From the NCBI GenBank assembly GCA_965644295.1, contig CBFFRP010000146.1, positions 573,593 to 637,592 of the forward strand: a DNA stretch of 64,000 bases. Direction: 5' to 3'. Position 1 is the stretch's first letter, and each line of letters begins with the position of its first letter. Positions 12,964 through 23,796 of the stretch are shown in pieces. This DNA is from Paraphysomonas bandaiensis (lineage: Eukaryota; Protista; Chrysophyceae). Under the pieces are notes generated by a model. It made no database searches. It was not told the DNA's origin and saw only the letters and a program-made list of their open reading frames with translations. Both the position numbers and the translations under genes were made by a program.

Positions 12964-14295
12964 ATGGGAGGTGGAGCATCTTCAACCGCTAAAATTGCAA
13001 AGAAGATTTCAATGAGGAATATCATTGGAAGAGGTTCATTTGCAACTGTAAAGAGCGCAATATACACACACAGCAGAAACAGCAGAATTGAGTTAGCTGT
13101 AAAAGTTGTATGCATAAAGCATTGCATTTCAAGGAAAGGGGGAATACGAATCCTTGAAGGAGAGATTCTGGCACTCAAGAGACTAAACTATCACCCTCAC
13201 GTTTGCAATCTCCACTTCGCGTACCATGACAACTCCAACTGCTACATGGTGATGGATTTGTTGGAAGGTGGAGACTTACGATATCACATCAACCACTCTC
13301 TGAAGTTCACCGAGAAGGGCATTGCTTTTATTGCTGCTTGTATTTCCTCCGCACTGAACCATATCCACTCCCATGGTATCATCCACCGAGGTAAGTTTAG
13401 TAGTGTATGTTTCTAATGCCGCTCCGTACTGACTTCACTTCGTATCACAGATGTGAAGCCTGAGAATATCGTATTTGATTGTCATGGTTATCCACGGTTG
13501 ATAGATTTTGGTATTGCTCACAATAGTGCAACATGTGGGGGTAGTATGGTATGCACTCAATCCAGCGGTACCCTGTGTTATCTTGCGCCGGAAGTTCTAA
13601 CGCCTACGAAGCAGCACAGCATAGAGAGTGATTTTTGGAGTCTTGGGGTGGTGCTCTACGAGCTTATGTTTCTTAGGCGACCGTTTAGCAAGCACTGTCC
13701 TCGATCCGCTATTGGCTTTGTTCTTGAGCGGTATAGCGCTTTATGGGATTCCACTAGATATAATATTCTGAGATGTTCCTCTATTTTATATAAAGAAATT
13801 ACTGTCGCTGTGGCTGTTTACGACTCTGTTGATCCTCTATGTGATGATGATTTTCTGTTTGAAGTGAATCCGTTACCTGATCGTCTTCGTGTTAAACTTC
13901 CACCATTAACTGCTTATGGTTCCAAAGTTTCTTCAGATTTCACAACTCTTGTTCAGGGTCTGTTAGACCCACGTGTACCCCAGCGCTTGGGAGCTGGTGT
14001 TAATTTTACAACTCTACGATCCCATCCATTTTTCAATGTTTTAGATGTATCGTGGGATGAGCTGTTGGAAAAGAATTACTCCTCTCCTATTGATGTCAGT
14101 GAATTTTCGCTGAGTTTTTATTCTGAAGAAAACTTTTGGGCAGAATCCAATCGTCTTTATCTCCTAAAATTTAATGAAATGACCGATATTAACATTGAAG
14201 TAAGTCAAGTGTTGGAGCATTATTCGTTCAATCGTCCTGTGTACTTATCAGGTAAACATTTTAAGGAAAACGTTTCTGTATTTCAACAAAATTAA
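12964..14295 (+). CDS. AGC-group Ser/Thr kinase (STK32/YANK-like), paralogue 1; intron 13391-13450
   Basis: GRGSFATV, AVK, DLLEGGDLRYH, HR|DVKPEN restored by a 60-nt GTAAGT..CAG intron, DFG, APE, DFWSLG; starts MGGGAS. Confidence 0.9.
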
Positions 14296-14970
14296 TTTTA
14301 TGTTCTTTGTTTTATGACCATTCTATGTTTCTAATATTGTTTTTATGTTTCCAATATTGATCGTAGTCAGTAAGTAAATGTACATCGATGAAATAAGTAG
14401 TATTATATTATATATTATATTCTTGATGTTGTTGTGAATTTCATCTTGGTAATATACAGATAATATACTTGAATTAAATGTATTAACATTCCTCTCAGTT
14501 TACTAAAGATTCTATATATTTTATAGCACACTATCTATATTTTGACTCCGAGAATGAGTATAAATAAAATTGTGTTGAAAGTACTACTCAACTTGGTCAC
14601 TTTAGTGGGATAGCCTTTGTTATATACTTGATTATCACGTGATATAGATGACTAGTACTGAAAGCCATGAAATATACTGCTACGCGGGTTGTGGTAGTAT
14701 TGATTGTTGGAGATAATATGTAACGAACATCGAGTCGCAAAACGTCATACAGAGAATATTATTAGAAAATATAGCTCTGCCCTATGGCGACAATATGGGA
14801 TCACAATAGATATGATATTTACACGAAATAATTTCTATACTTTTGAGTAACACATGCTGATTCAATCAAATCACACAAAGTCTCAAAAATATATACGCAA
14901 TATTCTAATCCGCAACGCTTCTTCATTGACAGGATTTACAAGAAAAAAAATACTATGCTGGGAGAAAGCT

Positions 14971-16317
14971 CTACTGGCATATTTTGGACCTGCTTAGTAC
15001 AAACGAAGTAGGTCTAATTGACAAATATTGGGGTGCAGTGTAAGTGTATTCATCAAGCACTGCCTTCAATTGCTCCTTTGTAACCACAATATTAGCATTG
15101 GTTTTATGGGGTGAGCGGCAAGGAGGATGCAGTGCAAATCGATCTTGGATTTCTGAATTCACTTTTTCTATACAAATATCGAACGGAGCGGGATACTTCT
15201 TTTCCAACAGCTCATCCCACGATACATCTAAAACATTGAAAAATGGATGGGATCGTAGAGACGTAAAATTAACACCAGCTCCCAAGCGCTGGGGTACACG
15301 TGGGTCTAACAGACCCTGAACAAGAGTTGTGAAATCTGAAGAAACTTTGGAACCACAAGCAGTCAATGGTGGAAGTTCCACAAGAAGACGAGAGGGAATA
15401 GGATTCTCTGGTACAGCCTCGTCAAAAAAAAGCGAGGACTCCGTACTACTTTTCGGAGTTGGAGGTTGACTACCAACTACAGTCTCTGTGAAAACTGTTC
15501 TAAAGCTGACAGGTGGCGATGAAAAATTAGAGGACTCCCAATGAGATTGATATGATTTGGAAACGAAATGAACCGCGGTTCGTGGACAGTGCTTGCTAAA
15601 CGGTCGCCTAAGAAACATAAGCTCGTAGAGCACCACCCCAAGACTCCAAAAATCACTCTCTATGCTGTGCTGCTTTGTAGGCGTTAGAACTTCCGGCGCA
15701 AGATAACAAAAGGTACCGCTGGATTGAGTGCATACCATACTACCCCCACATGTTGCACTATTGTGAGCAATACCAAAATCTATCAACCGTGGATAACCAT
15801 GACAATCAAATACGATATTCTCAGGCTTCACATCTGTGATACGAAGTGAAGTCAGTACGGAGCGGCATTAGAAACATACACTACTAAACTTACCTCGGTG
15901 GATGATACCATGGGAGTGGATATGGTTCAGTGCTGATGAAATGCAAGCAGCAATAAAAGCAATGCCCTTCTCGGTGAACTTCAGAGAGTGGTTGATGTGA
16001 TGTCGTAAGTCTCCACCTTCCAACAAATCCATCACCATGTAGCAGTTGGAGTTGTCATGGTACGCGAAATGGAGATTGCAAAGAAAAGGATGAGACCCCA
16101 CTGCTTTCAGAGTTCGAAGCTCTCCATCTATAACATTCAGACCTCCAGATCTTGACGTGCATGCCTTTATGGAGATGACCTTCACAGCAAGTTCTGCTTT
16201 GCTGGGAATGTAAACTGCTCTCTTAACAGTCGAAAACGATCCGAAGCCAATAGTAGTGCTCATTGTAATGCGATGTTTGCCACCTTTAGTGACAGTGGAT
16301 GATGCTGCGCTTCCCAT
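14971..16317 (-). CDS. AGC-group Ser/Thr kinase paralogue 2; intron 15834-15893
   Basis: Same motifs and the same 60-nt intron as paralogue 1; starts MGSAAS. Confidence 0.9.
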
Positions 16318-16860
16318 GACACTATTGACCAGATATGGCAAGTGACTGGATGAGACAATGAGATCATGTATAATGTATTAACATACTTGGGGAGTAGTTT
16401 ATATTTCCGTGTGTTGTATTGCAATGTTATTCCCTTTTTCTTTCCTCTTCGTCATTGTCGTGTTAGCTATTGCCATGCTCTCTTGTCCACCTATTCCCTC
16501 TGGTCATAATATTCCAGTCAAGACGTGTGTGGAGTATTGGGGAAGATATTTGCACTGATGAGGGCAGCCTTTTCCCCAACAAGAATACCCCTCATACGCT
16601 TATGAGGACTACGACTACAGAGTGTTGTCCAGCACAAGAATTCCCCGCACAAATACATGTCAAAAATGGACAGACTGACATACTTATCCAATCAGAAGGT
16701 AGAATACTGATAAACTGCAGAATGGTTGGCTCAATAGTATACGTCAGATTCACAACTCCGATCACTTGGTATGCATATGGTTTACAGCACCCCCATGTAG
16801 ATACTCATTATTTCATCGAAGCAACCTGTGAGGCCATTAACATAATCGAGATCAGAGCCT

Positions 16861-18204
16861 ATGGGGGTAGCAATATCAGCCGCATCGTCAATAGAGCAGA
16901 ACATATCGACCAGAAGCACGATAGGAGTCGGATCGTTTTCGACTGTTAAGAGAGCAGTTTACATTCCCAGCAAAGCAGAACTTGCTGTGAAGGTCATCTC
17001 CATAAAGGCATGCACGTCAAGATCTGGAGGTCTGAATATTTTGGATGGAGAGCTTCAAACTCTGAAAGCAGTGGGGTCTCATCCTTTTCTTTGCAATCTC
17101 CATTTCGCGTACCATGACAACTCCAACTGCTACATGGTGATGGATTTGTTGGAAGGTGGAGACTTACGACATCACATTAACCACTCTCTGAAGTTCACCG
17201 AGAAGGGCATTGCTTTTATTGCTGCTTGCATTTCATCAGCACTGAACCATATCCACTCCCATGGTATCATCCACCGAGGTAAGTTTAGTAGTGTATGTTT
17301 TCAATGCCGCTCCGTACTGACTTCACTTCGTATCACAGATGTGAAGCCTGAGAATATCATATTTGATTGTCATGGTTATCCACGGTTGATAGATTTTGGT
17401 ATTGCTCACAATAGTGCAACATGTGGGGGTAGTATGGTATGCACTCAATCCAGCGGTACCCTGTGTTATCTTGCGCCGGAAGTTCTAACGCCTACAAAGC
17501 AGCACAGCATAGAGAGTGATTTTTGGAGTCTTGGGGTGGTGCTCTACGAGCTTATGTTTCTTAGGCGACCGTTTAGCAAGCACTGTCCTCGATCCGCCAT
17601 CAGTTTCGTTTGTAGTAGATTCAACGATTTCTGGGATTCGTATGATAAATACATTTCGCCACCTGCCTGTTGCAAGACATATTTTACAGAGACTGTTATT
17701 GCAAGTCAATCATCAACGCCGAAAAGTAGTACGGAGTCCTCGCTTTTTCTTGACGAGACTGTGCCGGAGAATCCTATTCCCTCTCGTCTTCTTGTGGAAC
17801 TTCCACCATTGACTGCTTATGGTTTCGAAGTTTCTTCAGATTTCACAACTCTTGTTCAGGGTCTGTTAGACCCACGTGTACCCCAGCGCTTGGGAGCTGG
17901 TGTTAATTTTACATCTCTACGATCCCATCCATTTTTCAATGTTCTAGATGTATCGTGGGATGAGCTGTTGGAAAAGAAGTATCCCACTCCGTTCGATATT
18001 AGTATTGAAAAAGTGAATTCAGAAATCCAAGATCGATTTGCACTGCATCCTCCTTGCCGCCCACCACATGAAACCAATGCTAATATTGTGGTTACGAAGG
18101 AGGAACTGAAGGCAGTGCTTGATGAATACACTTACACTGCACCCCAATATTTGTCAAAAAGGCAACCTCCATCCCTATTGGATAAGTCTTATGTCTGCCA
18201 GTAG
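16861..18204 (+). CDS. AGC-group Ser/Thr kinase paralogue 3; intron 17279-17338
   Basis: Same motifs; the intron is stop-free, so the ORF track shows a 447-aa read-through; starts MGVAIS. Confidence 0.9.
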   Translation: MGVAISAASSIEQNISTRSTIGVGSFSTVKRAVYIPSKAELAVKVISIKACTSRSGGLNILDGELQTLKAVGSHPFLCNLHFAYHDNSNCYMVMDLLEGGDLRHHINHSLKFTEKGIAFIAACISSALNHIHSHGIIHRGKFSSVCFQCRSVLTSLRITDVKPENIIFDCHGYPRLIDFGIAHNSATCGGSMVCTQSSGTLCYLAPEVLTPTKQHSIESDFWSLGVVLYELMFLRRPFSKHCPRSAISFVCSRFNDFWDSYDKYISPPACCKTYFTETVIASQSSTPKSSTESSLFLDETVPENPIPSRLLVELPPLTAYGFEVSSDFTTLVQGLLDPRVPQRLGAGVNFTSLRSHPFFNVLDVSWDELLEKKYPTPFDISIEKVNSEIQDRFALHPPCRPPHETNANIVVTKEELKAVLDEYTYTAPQYLSKRQPPSLLDKSYVCQ

Positions 18205-18789
18205 AGCGGAGTTGTGACCGTGGAATGTATTTAACTTTATGTTTATCTATGCATATGGAAACTGCAGTTACGTTTCTATGGCGTTATGCATACGTTTATA
18301 TGTCGGTAGTCGAAGTAATTGTCGTATTTTTCCAAAGTTAGTCGGTTTTGGAAACTACTTAAATTAATATATTTTAATTCTTATATTTTATGTCACCTTT
18401 GTTTTATGCACACACTCGAGATAGTCCTGTATTAGCTTGAAAAATTTAATAGTTTGATACTTTGTGAACGCTACTGAGGATGAAGGAGTAAATATTTTAT
18501 CTCAGATAGTAATATATAGTTCATTGTTGATTTTCAAATTTATGGATTTTGTACGATTTCATCGTCTGTGATCCTCTTGGTGTGACTATACGTAATATAA
18601 GTCATATCATCATTAGAGGAGTACATCAGAGAAAATAAATTAATAGATGTTATTTACTCAAACTACGAGCTCGATTCATATTCGCCATACTCAATAGTAT
18701 AACTACAGCAGACGAGGTCATATGGTGGTCGTCAAAATAAAAAGTTTTTTAGTACTCTCGGATAAAAGGTTTACACTATTCACACAACT

Positions 18790-18890
18790 CAGAACTGTAC
18801 ATCTACTTCTTTAACAGTTCTGTAAGATGCTATAATACTCTTACAATTGCACTTGAATTCGCTGGTCATATGGTACGTATTCCATGGGCA
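18790..18890 (-). pseudogene. Collapsed remnant of the DUF2779 gene 3' half
   Basis: AGAACTGTACATCTACTTCTTTAACA.TTCTGTAAGATGCT matches 21903-21945; CACTTGAATTCGCTGG and TACGTATTCCA.GGGC match ~22621 and ~22675 with large deletions between them. Confidence 0.8.
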
Positions 18891-18974
18891 ATCAAGTTAA
18901 GAGGTATACTTGATACTAGGACAATGATCTGCTCCAATAATCTGATCTACATCGAAATACTCTCACGATATACT

Positions 18975-19525
18975 GCCTGATCAGAGTGATTCGCAGCACC
19001 TCCTCTTTCAATCAGGTGTAGATATAGGAAAACTTGCCCATAAGTACTTTCCTGGTGGTATCGACTGTTCTCCTGATAGTGCATTTGACTATTCTCGGAG
19101 TATAGAACAAACATCGTTAGCAGTATCTCGTGAACAGCCCGTTATTTATGAGGCCGCATTTCGTGCAGAGAATGTGCTGGTGGCTGTTGATATTCTACGA
19201 CTGACTGACAATGGTTGGTGTGCTTATGAAGTGAAGAGCTCCACGAGAGTAAAGGATTCGCACAAGCTGGATGCTGCTATTCAATACTGGACGATGCGGC
19301 ATGCTGGGCTCCATCTCGATTCTATACATATCATGCACATCAACAAGCATTATAAGAGGCAAGGTGCATTAGACGTTCAACAGCTCTTCGTTAGTACTGA
19401 TGTGACGCATGCTGTTAGAGCTCTACAGGATTACGTGTCGATGCAAGTGCACACACAGACACTTGCTTTAGACAGCGAAAGTATACCATCAGTAGATATG
19501 GGGCCTCACTGCACAAGTCCCTATA
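18975..19525 (+). pseudogene. Inverted 551-bp partial copy of the DUF2779 gene
   Basis: Near-identical (about 3 substitutions seen) to the reverse complement of 22804-23354; lacks the start and the C-terminal exonuclease half. Confidence 0.92.
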
Positions 19526-19830
19526 GAAGCGAGCACCTGGATATACGGGTATACGATATACTACACCCACTGTATTACATTAATGGAAGTATCAAATTTC
19601 TACATCTAGACTACAGTGACGTCTAGAAGAGTTCCAATTTTCACTTTACAAACTTATCCAATCAGAAGGTAGAATACTGATAAACTGCAGAATGGTTGGC
19701 TCAATAGTATACGTCAGATTCACAACTCCGATCACTTGGTATGCATATGGTTTACAGCACCCCCATGTAGATACTCATTATTTCATCGAAGCAACCTGTG
19801 AGGCCATTAACATAATCGAGATCAGAGCCT

Positions 19831-21174
19831 ATGGGGGTAGCAATATCAGCCGCATCGTCAATAGAGCAGAACATATCGACCAGAAGCACGATAGGAGTCG
19901 GATCGTTTTCGACTGTTAAGAGAGCAGTTTACATTCCCAGCAAAGCAGAACTTGCTGTGAAGGTCATCTCCATAAAGGCATGCACGTCAAGATCTGGAGG
20001 TCTGAATGTTATAGATGGAGAGCTTCGAACTCTGAAAGCAGTGGGGTCTCATCCTTTTCTTTGCAATCTCCATTTCGCGTACCATGACAACTCCAACTGC
20101 TACATGGTGATGGATTTGTTGGAAGGTGGAGACTTACGACATCACATCAACCACTCTCTGAAGTTCACCGAGAAGGGCATTGCTTTTATTGCTGTTTGTA
20201 TTTCATCAGCACTGAACCATATCCACTCCCATGGTATCATCCACCGAGGTAAGTTTAGTAGTGTATGTTTTCAATGCCGCTCCGTACTGACTTCACTTCG
20301 TATCACAGATGTGAAGCCTGAGAATATCATATTTGATTGTCATGGTTATCCACGGTTGATAGATTTTGGTATTGCTCACAATAGTGCAACATGTGGGGGT
20401 AGTATGGTATGCACTCTATCCAGCGGTACCCTGTGTTATCTTGCGCCGGAAGTTCTAACGCCTACAAAGCAGCACAGCATAGAGAGTGATTTTTGGAGTC
20501 TTGGGGTGGTGCTCTACGAGCTTATGTTTCTTAGGCGACCGTTTAGCAAGCACTGTCCTCGATCCGCCATCAGTTTCGTTTGTAGTAGATTCAACGATTT
20601 CTGGGATTCGTATGATAAATACATTTCGCCACCTGCCTGTTGCAAGACATATTTTACAGAGACTGTTATTGCAAGTCAATCATCAACGCCGAAAAGTAGT
20701 ACGGAGTCCTCGCTTTTTCTTGACGAGGCTGTGCCGGAGAATCCTATTCCCTCTCAACTTCTTGTGGAACTTCCACCATTGACTGCTTATGGTTTCGAAG
20801 TTTCTTCAGACTTCACAACTCTTGTTCAGGGTCTGTTAGACCCACGTGTACCCCAGCGCTTGGGAGCTGGTGTTAACTTTACAACTCTACGATCCCATCC
20901 ATTTTTCAATGTTCTAGATGTATCGTGGGATGAACTGCTGGAAAAGAAGTATCCCACTCCGTTCGATATTAGTATTGAAAAAGTGAATTCAGAAATCCAA
21001 GATCGATTTGCACTGCATCCTCCTTGCCGCCCACCACATGAAACCAATGCTAATATTGTGGTTACGAAGGAGGAACTGAAGGCAGTGCTTGATGAATACA
21101 CTTACACTGCACCCCAATATTTGTCAAAAAGGCAACCTCCATCCCTATTGGATAAGTCTTATGTCTGCCAGTAG
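19831..21174 (+). CDS. AGC-group Ser/Thr kinase paralogue 4; intron 20249-20308
   Basis: Near-identical to paralogue 3; stop-free 60-nt intron. Confidence 0.9.
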   Translation: MGVAISAASSIEQNISTRSTIGVGSFSTVKRAVYIPSKAELAVKVISIKACTSRSGGLNVIDGELRTLKAVGSHPFLCNLHFAYHDNSNCYMVMDLLEGGDLRHHINHSLKFTEKGIAFIAVCISSALNHIHSHGIIHRGKFSSVCFQCRSVLTSLRITDVKPENIIFDCHGYPRLIDFGIAHNSATCGGSMVCTLSSGTLCYLAPEVLTPTKQHSIESDFWSLGVVLYELMFLRRPFSKHCPRSAISFVCSRFNDFWDSYDKYISPPACCKTYFTETVIASQSSTPKSSTESSLFLDEAVPENPIPSQLLVELPPLTAYGFEVSSDFTTLVQGLLDPRVPQRLGAGVNFTTLRSHPFFNVLDVSWDELLEKKYPTPFDISIEKVNSEIQDRFALHPPCRPPHETNANIVVTKEELKAVLDEYTYTAPQYLSKRQPPSLLDKSYVCQ

Positions 21175-21913
21175 AGCGGAGTTGTGACCGTGGAATGTAT
21201 TTAACTTTATGTTTATCTATGCATATGGAAACTCCAGTTACGTTTCTATGGCGTTATCATACGTTTATATGTCGGTAGTCGAAGTAATTGTCGTGATTTA
21301 CACAACTAAAGTATCATATTTTTCCAAAACTAGTCGGCACCTCTGTACGGTTTTGGAAACTTTTGTAATTTAATTCTTAAATTTGATGTCACCATAATTT
21401 TTATGGACACACTCGAGTTAGTCCCAAAATACATTATCCCGATTTCGTCTTAAATAAAATAAAGTTTACTCAACGAGCATGTAGATATCTTCGATAACAG
21501 TTTACAATACCTTTACTTAAAGTCGTGTTTTATTTTCATGATTTCAGGTACGCAACGAAGATTTTCATGTACACACAACGGCCTCGAATAGTCAAATAGG
21601 AATATTTTGTTCATTATATTGAATTGTAACGAATAGTTTGCCCAGTATCATCATCTGTGACAGATTAGAGTATTCGAAATGAAAGGATGTGGATATTCGA
21701 GTATTCGAACAAAATATCCGCTTTACTATACGTCGTAAATGACATATGAGGAGTACATCAGAGAAAAATAAATAATAAATAGTTAGGTGAAATTATAGTT
21801 ATTTCAATAGTATAACCAGCACAGACAAGGTCATATCGTGGTCGTCAAAATAACATGTTCTTAATTTCTCTGGTATAAGGTATACACTATTCACAAAACT
21901 CAGAACTGTACAT

Positions 21914-23452
21914 CTACTTCTTTAACACTTCTGTAAGATGCTGTAATACTCTTACCATAGCCCATGTGTCGAGTTTACAATATTCTAACAGACTTTCCCT
22001 CAGACGAATTGTATCGTCTTTATAATCTCCATTCATCATATTTGCGTATATCATGCTTGCTGTGAAGCCATCACGTATTCCCAAATCCTTGTAGCTGTTC
22101 TGTAGTTCGGGTATCGTCGCTGCTAATACGTTCTTGATGCTATACTTCCCCCCCATTAAAGGCGTGTAGTACATCTTCTTCTGAAACGGTACCGCAAGAT
22201 CCACAAGCCTCCTGCGTAATCGTGATATATTGATTTCGTACTTTGGAAAGTCACGAGCCAACTCTGCCAAACGAGCATCCTCAAATGGTTTGTGGTAAAC
22301 GAGCACTGATCCTTCGTCCCCCGTATCCGCCAGAAGTCGTTCGATGAACTCAACTCTAGGATCGCCTTTTCCGTCCGCAAGGAAGCTCTTATGCTCAATG
22401 TTTCGCAATAATTCTTGATTACTATTTTCGAAAGGCATACATTGTTTGTGAAGTGAATACTGGAAACATATATGTTGGTGAGGATGACAGCCGTCGAAGG
22501 GCGGAACAGCACTCGCGAAGGCCTCAAAGTCCATATATATCAGCGGGAAACGCATCTCTTCCAGAAACTGTTTCAGCCTTGCGCGATCAATGTGAGGGAT
22601 GCGTGTTTGCTCACAGCGCACTTGAATTCGCTGGCCTTCACTAAGCTTTTCTGTCTGAGGTATATCTCGTATCTTACGTATTCCACGGGCCCAAAGATCC
22701 CATTGACGCCCTCGAGCATTACTCAAATTGAGAACGGATGATTCTTTTCCCCCATCATCATATACCCCCGCTGCTTTGTAACAATGGTCTTGATACTCGC
22801 ATATATAGGGACTTGTGCAGTGAGGCCCAATATCTACTGATGGTATACTTTCGCTGTCTAAAGCAAGTGTCTGTGTATGCACTTGCATCGACACGTAATC
22901 CTGTAGAGCTCTAACAGCATGCGTCACATCAGTACTAACGAAGAGCTGTTGAACGTCTAATGCACCTTGCCTCTTATAATGCTTGTTGATGTGCATGATA
23001 TGTATAGAATCGAGATGGAGCCCAGCATGCCGCATCGTCCAGTATTGAATAGCAGCATCCAGCTTGTGCGAATCCTTTACTCTCGTGGAGCTCTTCACTT
23101 CATAAGCACACCAACCATTGTCAGTCAGTCGTAGAATATCAACAGCCACCAGCACATTCTCTGCACGAAATGCGGCCTCATAAATAACGGGCTGTTCACG
23201 AGATACTGCTAACGATGTTTGTTCTATACTCCGAGAATAGTCAAATGCACTATCAGGAGAACAGTCGATACCACCAGGAAAGTACTTATGGGCAAGTTTT
23301 CCTATATCTACACCTGATTGAAAGAGGAGGTGCTGCGAATCACTCTGATCGGGCTTAGGTACTTGTAGTTTAGCGTGATGTTTGTGAAAATAGAGCTGCT
23401 TCAGACACTGACAGCCCTTCGCAAAACTCGATTTAGATAAGACAAAAGCCAT
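21914..23452 (-). CDS. Bacterial-type DUF2779 protein (PD-(D/E)xK nuclease + RNase H/DEDD-like exonuclease), intronless
   Basis: LSKSSFAKGCQCLKQLY; IYEAAF, VDIL, EVKSST; GPHCTSPYICEYQDHC; FPLIYMDFEAF, HICFQYSLH, DPRVEF, VYHKPFE, YSIKNVL, YCKLDTWAMV. ATG at 23452 chosen by family N-terminus. Confidence 0.88.
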   Translation of the reverse strand: MAFVLSKSSFAKGCQCLKQLYFHKHHAKLQVPKPDQSDSQHLLFQSGVDIGKLAHKYFPGGIDCSPDSAFDYSRSIEQTSLAVSREQPVIYEAAFRAENVLVAVDILRLTDNGWCAYEVKSSTRVKDSHKLDAAIQYWTMRHAGLHLDSIHIMHINKHYKRQGALDVQQLFVSTDVTHAVRALQDYVSMQVHTQTLALDSESIPSVDIGPHCTSPYICEYQDHCYKAAGVYDDGGKESSVLNLSNARGRQWDLWARGIRKIRDIPQTEKLSEGQRIQVRCEQTRIPHIDRARLKQFLEEMRFPLIYMDFEAFASAVPPFDGCHPHQHICFQYSLHKQCMPFENSNQELLRNIEHKSFLADGKGDPRVEFIERLLADTGDEGSVLVYHKPFEDARLAELARDFPKYEINISRLRRRLVDLAVPFQKKMYYTPLMGGKYSIKNVLAATIPELQNSYKDLGIRDGFTASMIYANMMNGDYKDDTIRLRESLLEYCKLDTWAMVRVLQHLTEVLKK

Positions 23453-23796
23453 ATCTTGACTTATAGTCCTTTCCTCATGGTGTGTTGATGGTGACGGTCT
23501 ACATATACATACAGCACATGCATATGGATAGTTGTGCAGGCAGTATATCATGAGAGTATTCCGCTGTAGATCACTCTTACAAATCAACACCTTAGAATGA
23601 CAGCAGGAGCAGCAGGACGACACCAGCACGTACTTCATCATAAAGCAGATGTATGATGCAACGTGTGTGCGTCGCATGTATATATAAAATAGCTATACAG
23701 CATACTCAAGCAATAACATAGCTCTATATCTATATAGAGACCTCAGCATACTGGAAGCATAATAATATTACAAAATCCATTGAATATACACCAATA

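Larger units (their letters stand above)
16682..21955 (+). repeat. Direct segmental duplication (unit: promoter + kinase + DUF2779 3' end)
   Basis: 16682-~18330 is nearly identical to 19652-~21300 (offset 2970); looser similarity continues from ~18580-18845 to ~21720-21955. Confidence 0.9.

Noticed and set aside
16470-16949. 159-aa ORF (and its partial duplicate 19692-19919)
   Set aside because: Non-ATG start, no motifs, and overlaps the kinase promoter and start in another frame.
23453-23677. 75-aa N-terminal extension of the DUF2779 ORF
   Set aside because: Promoter-like composition; family similarity begins at MAFVLSKS.
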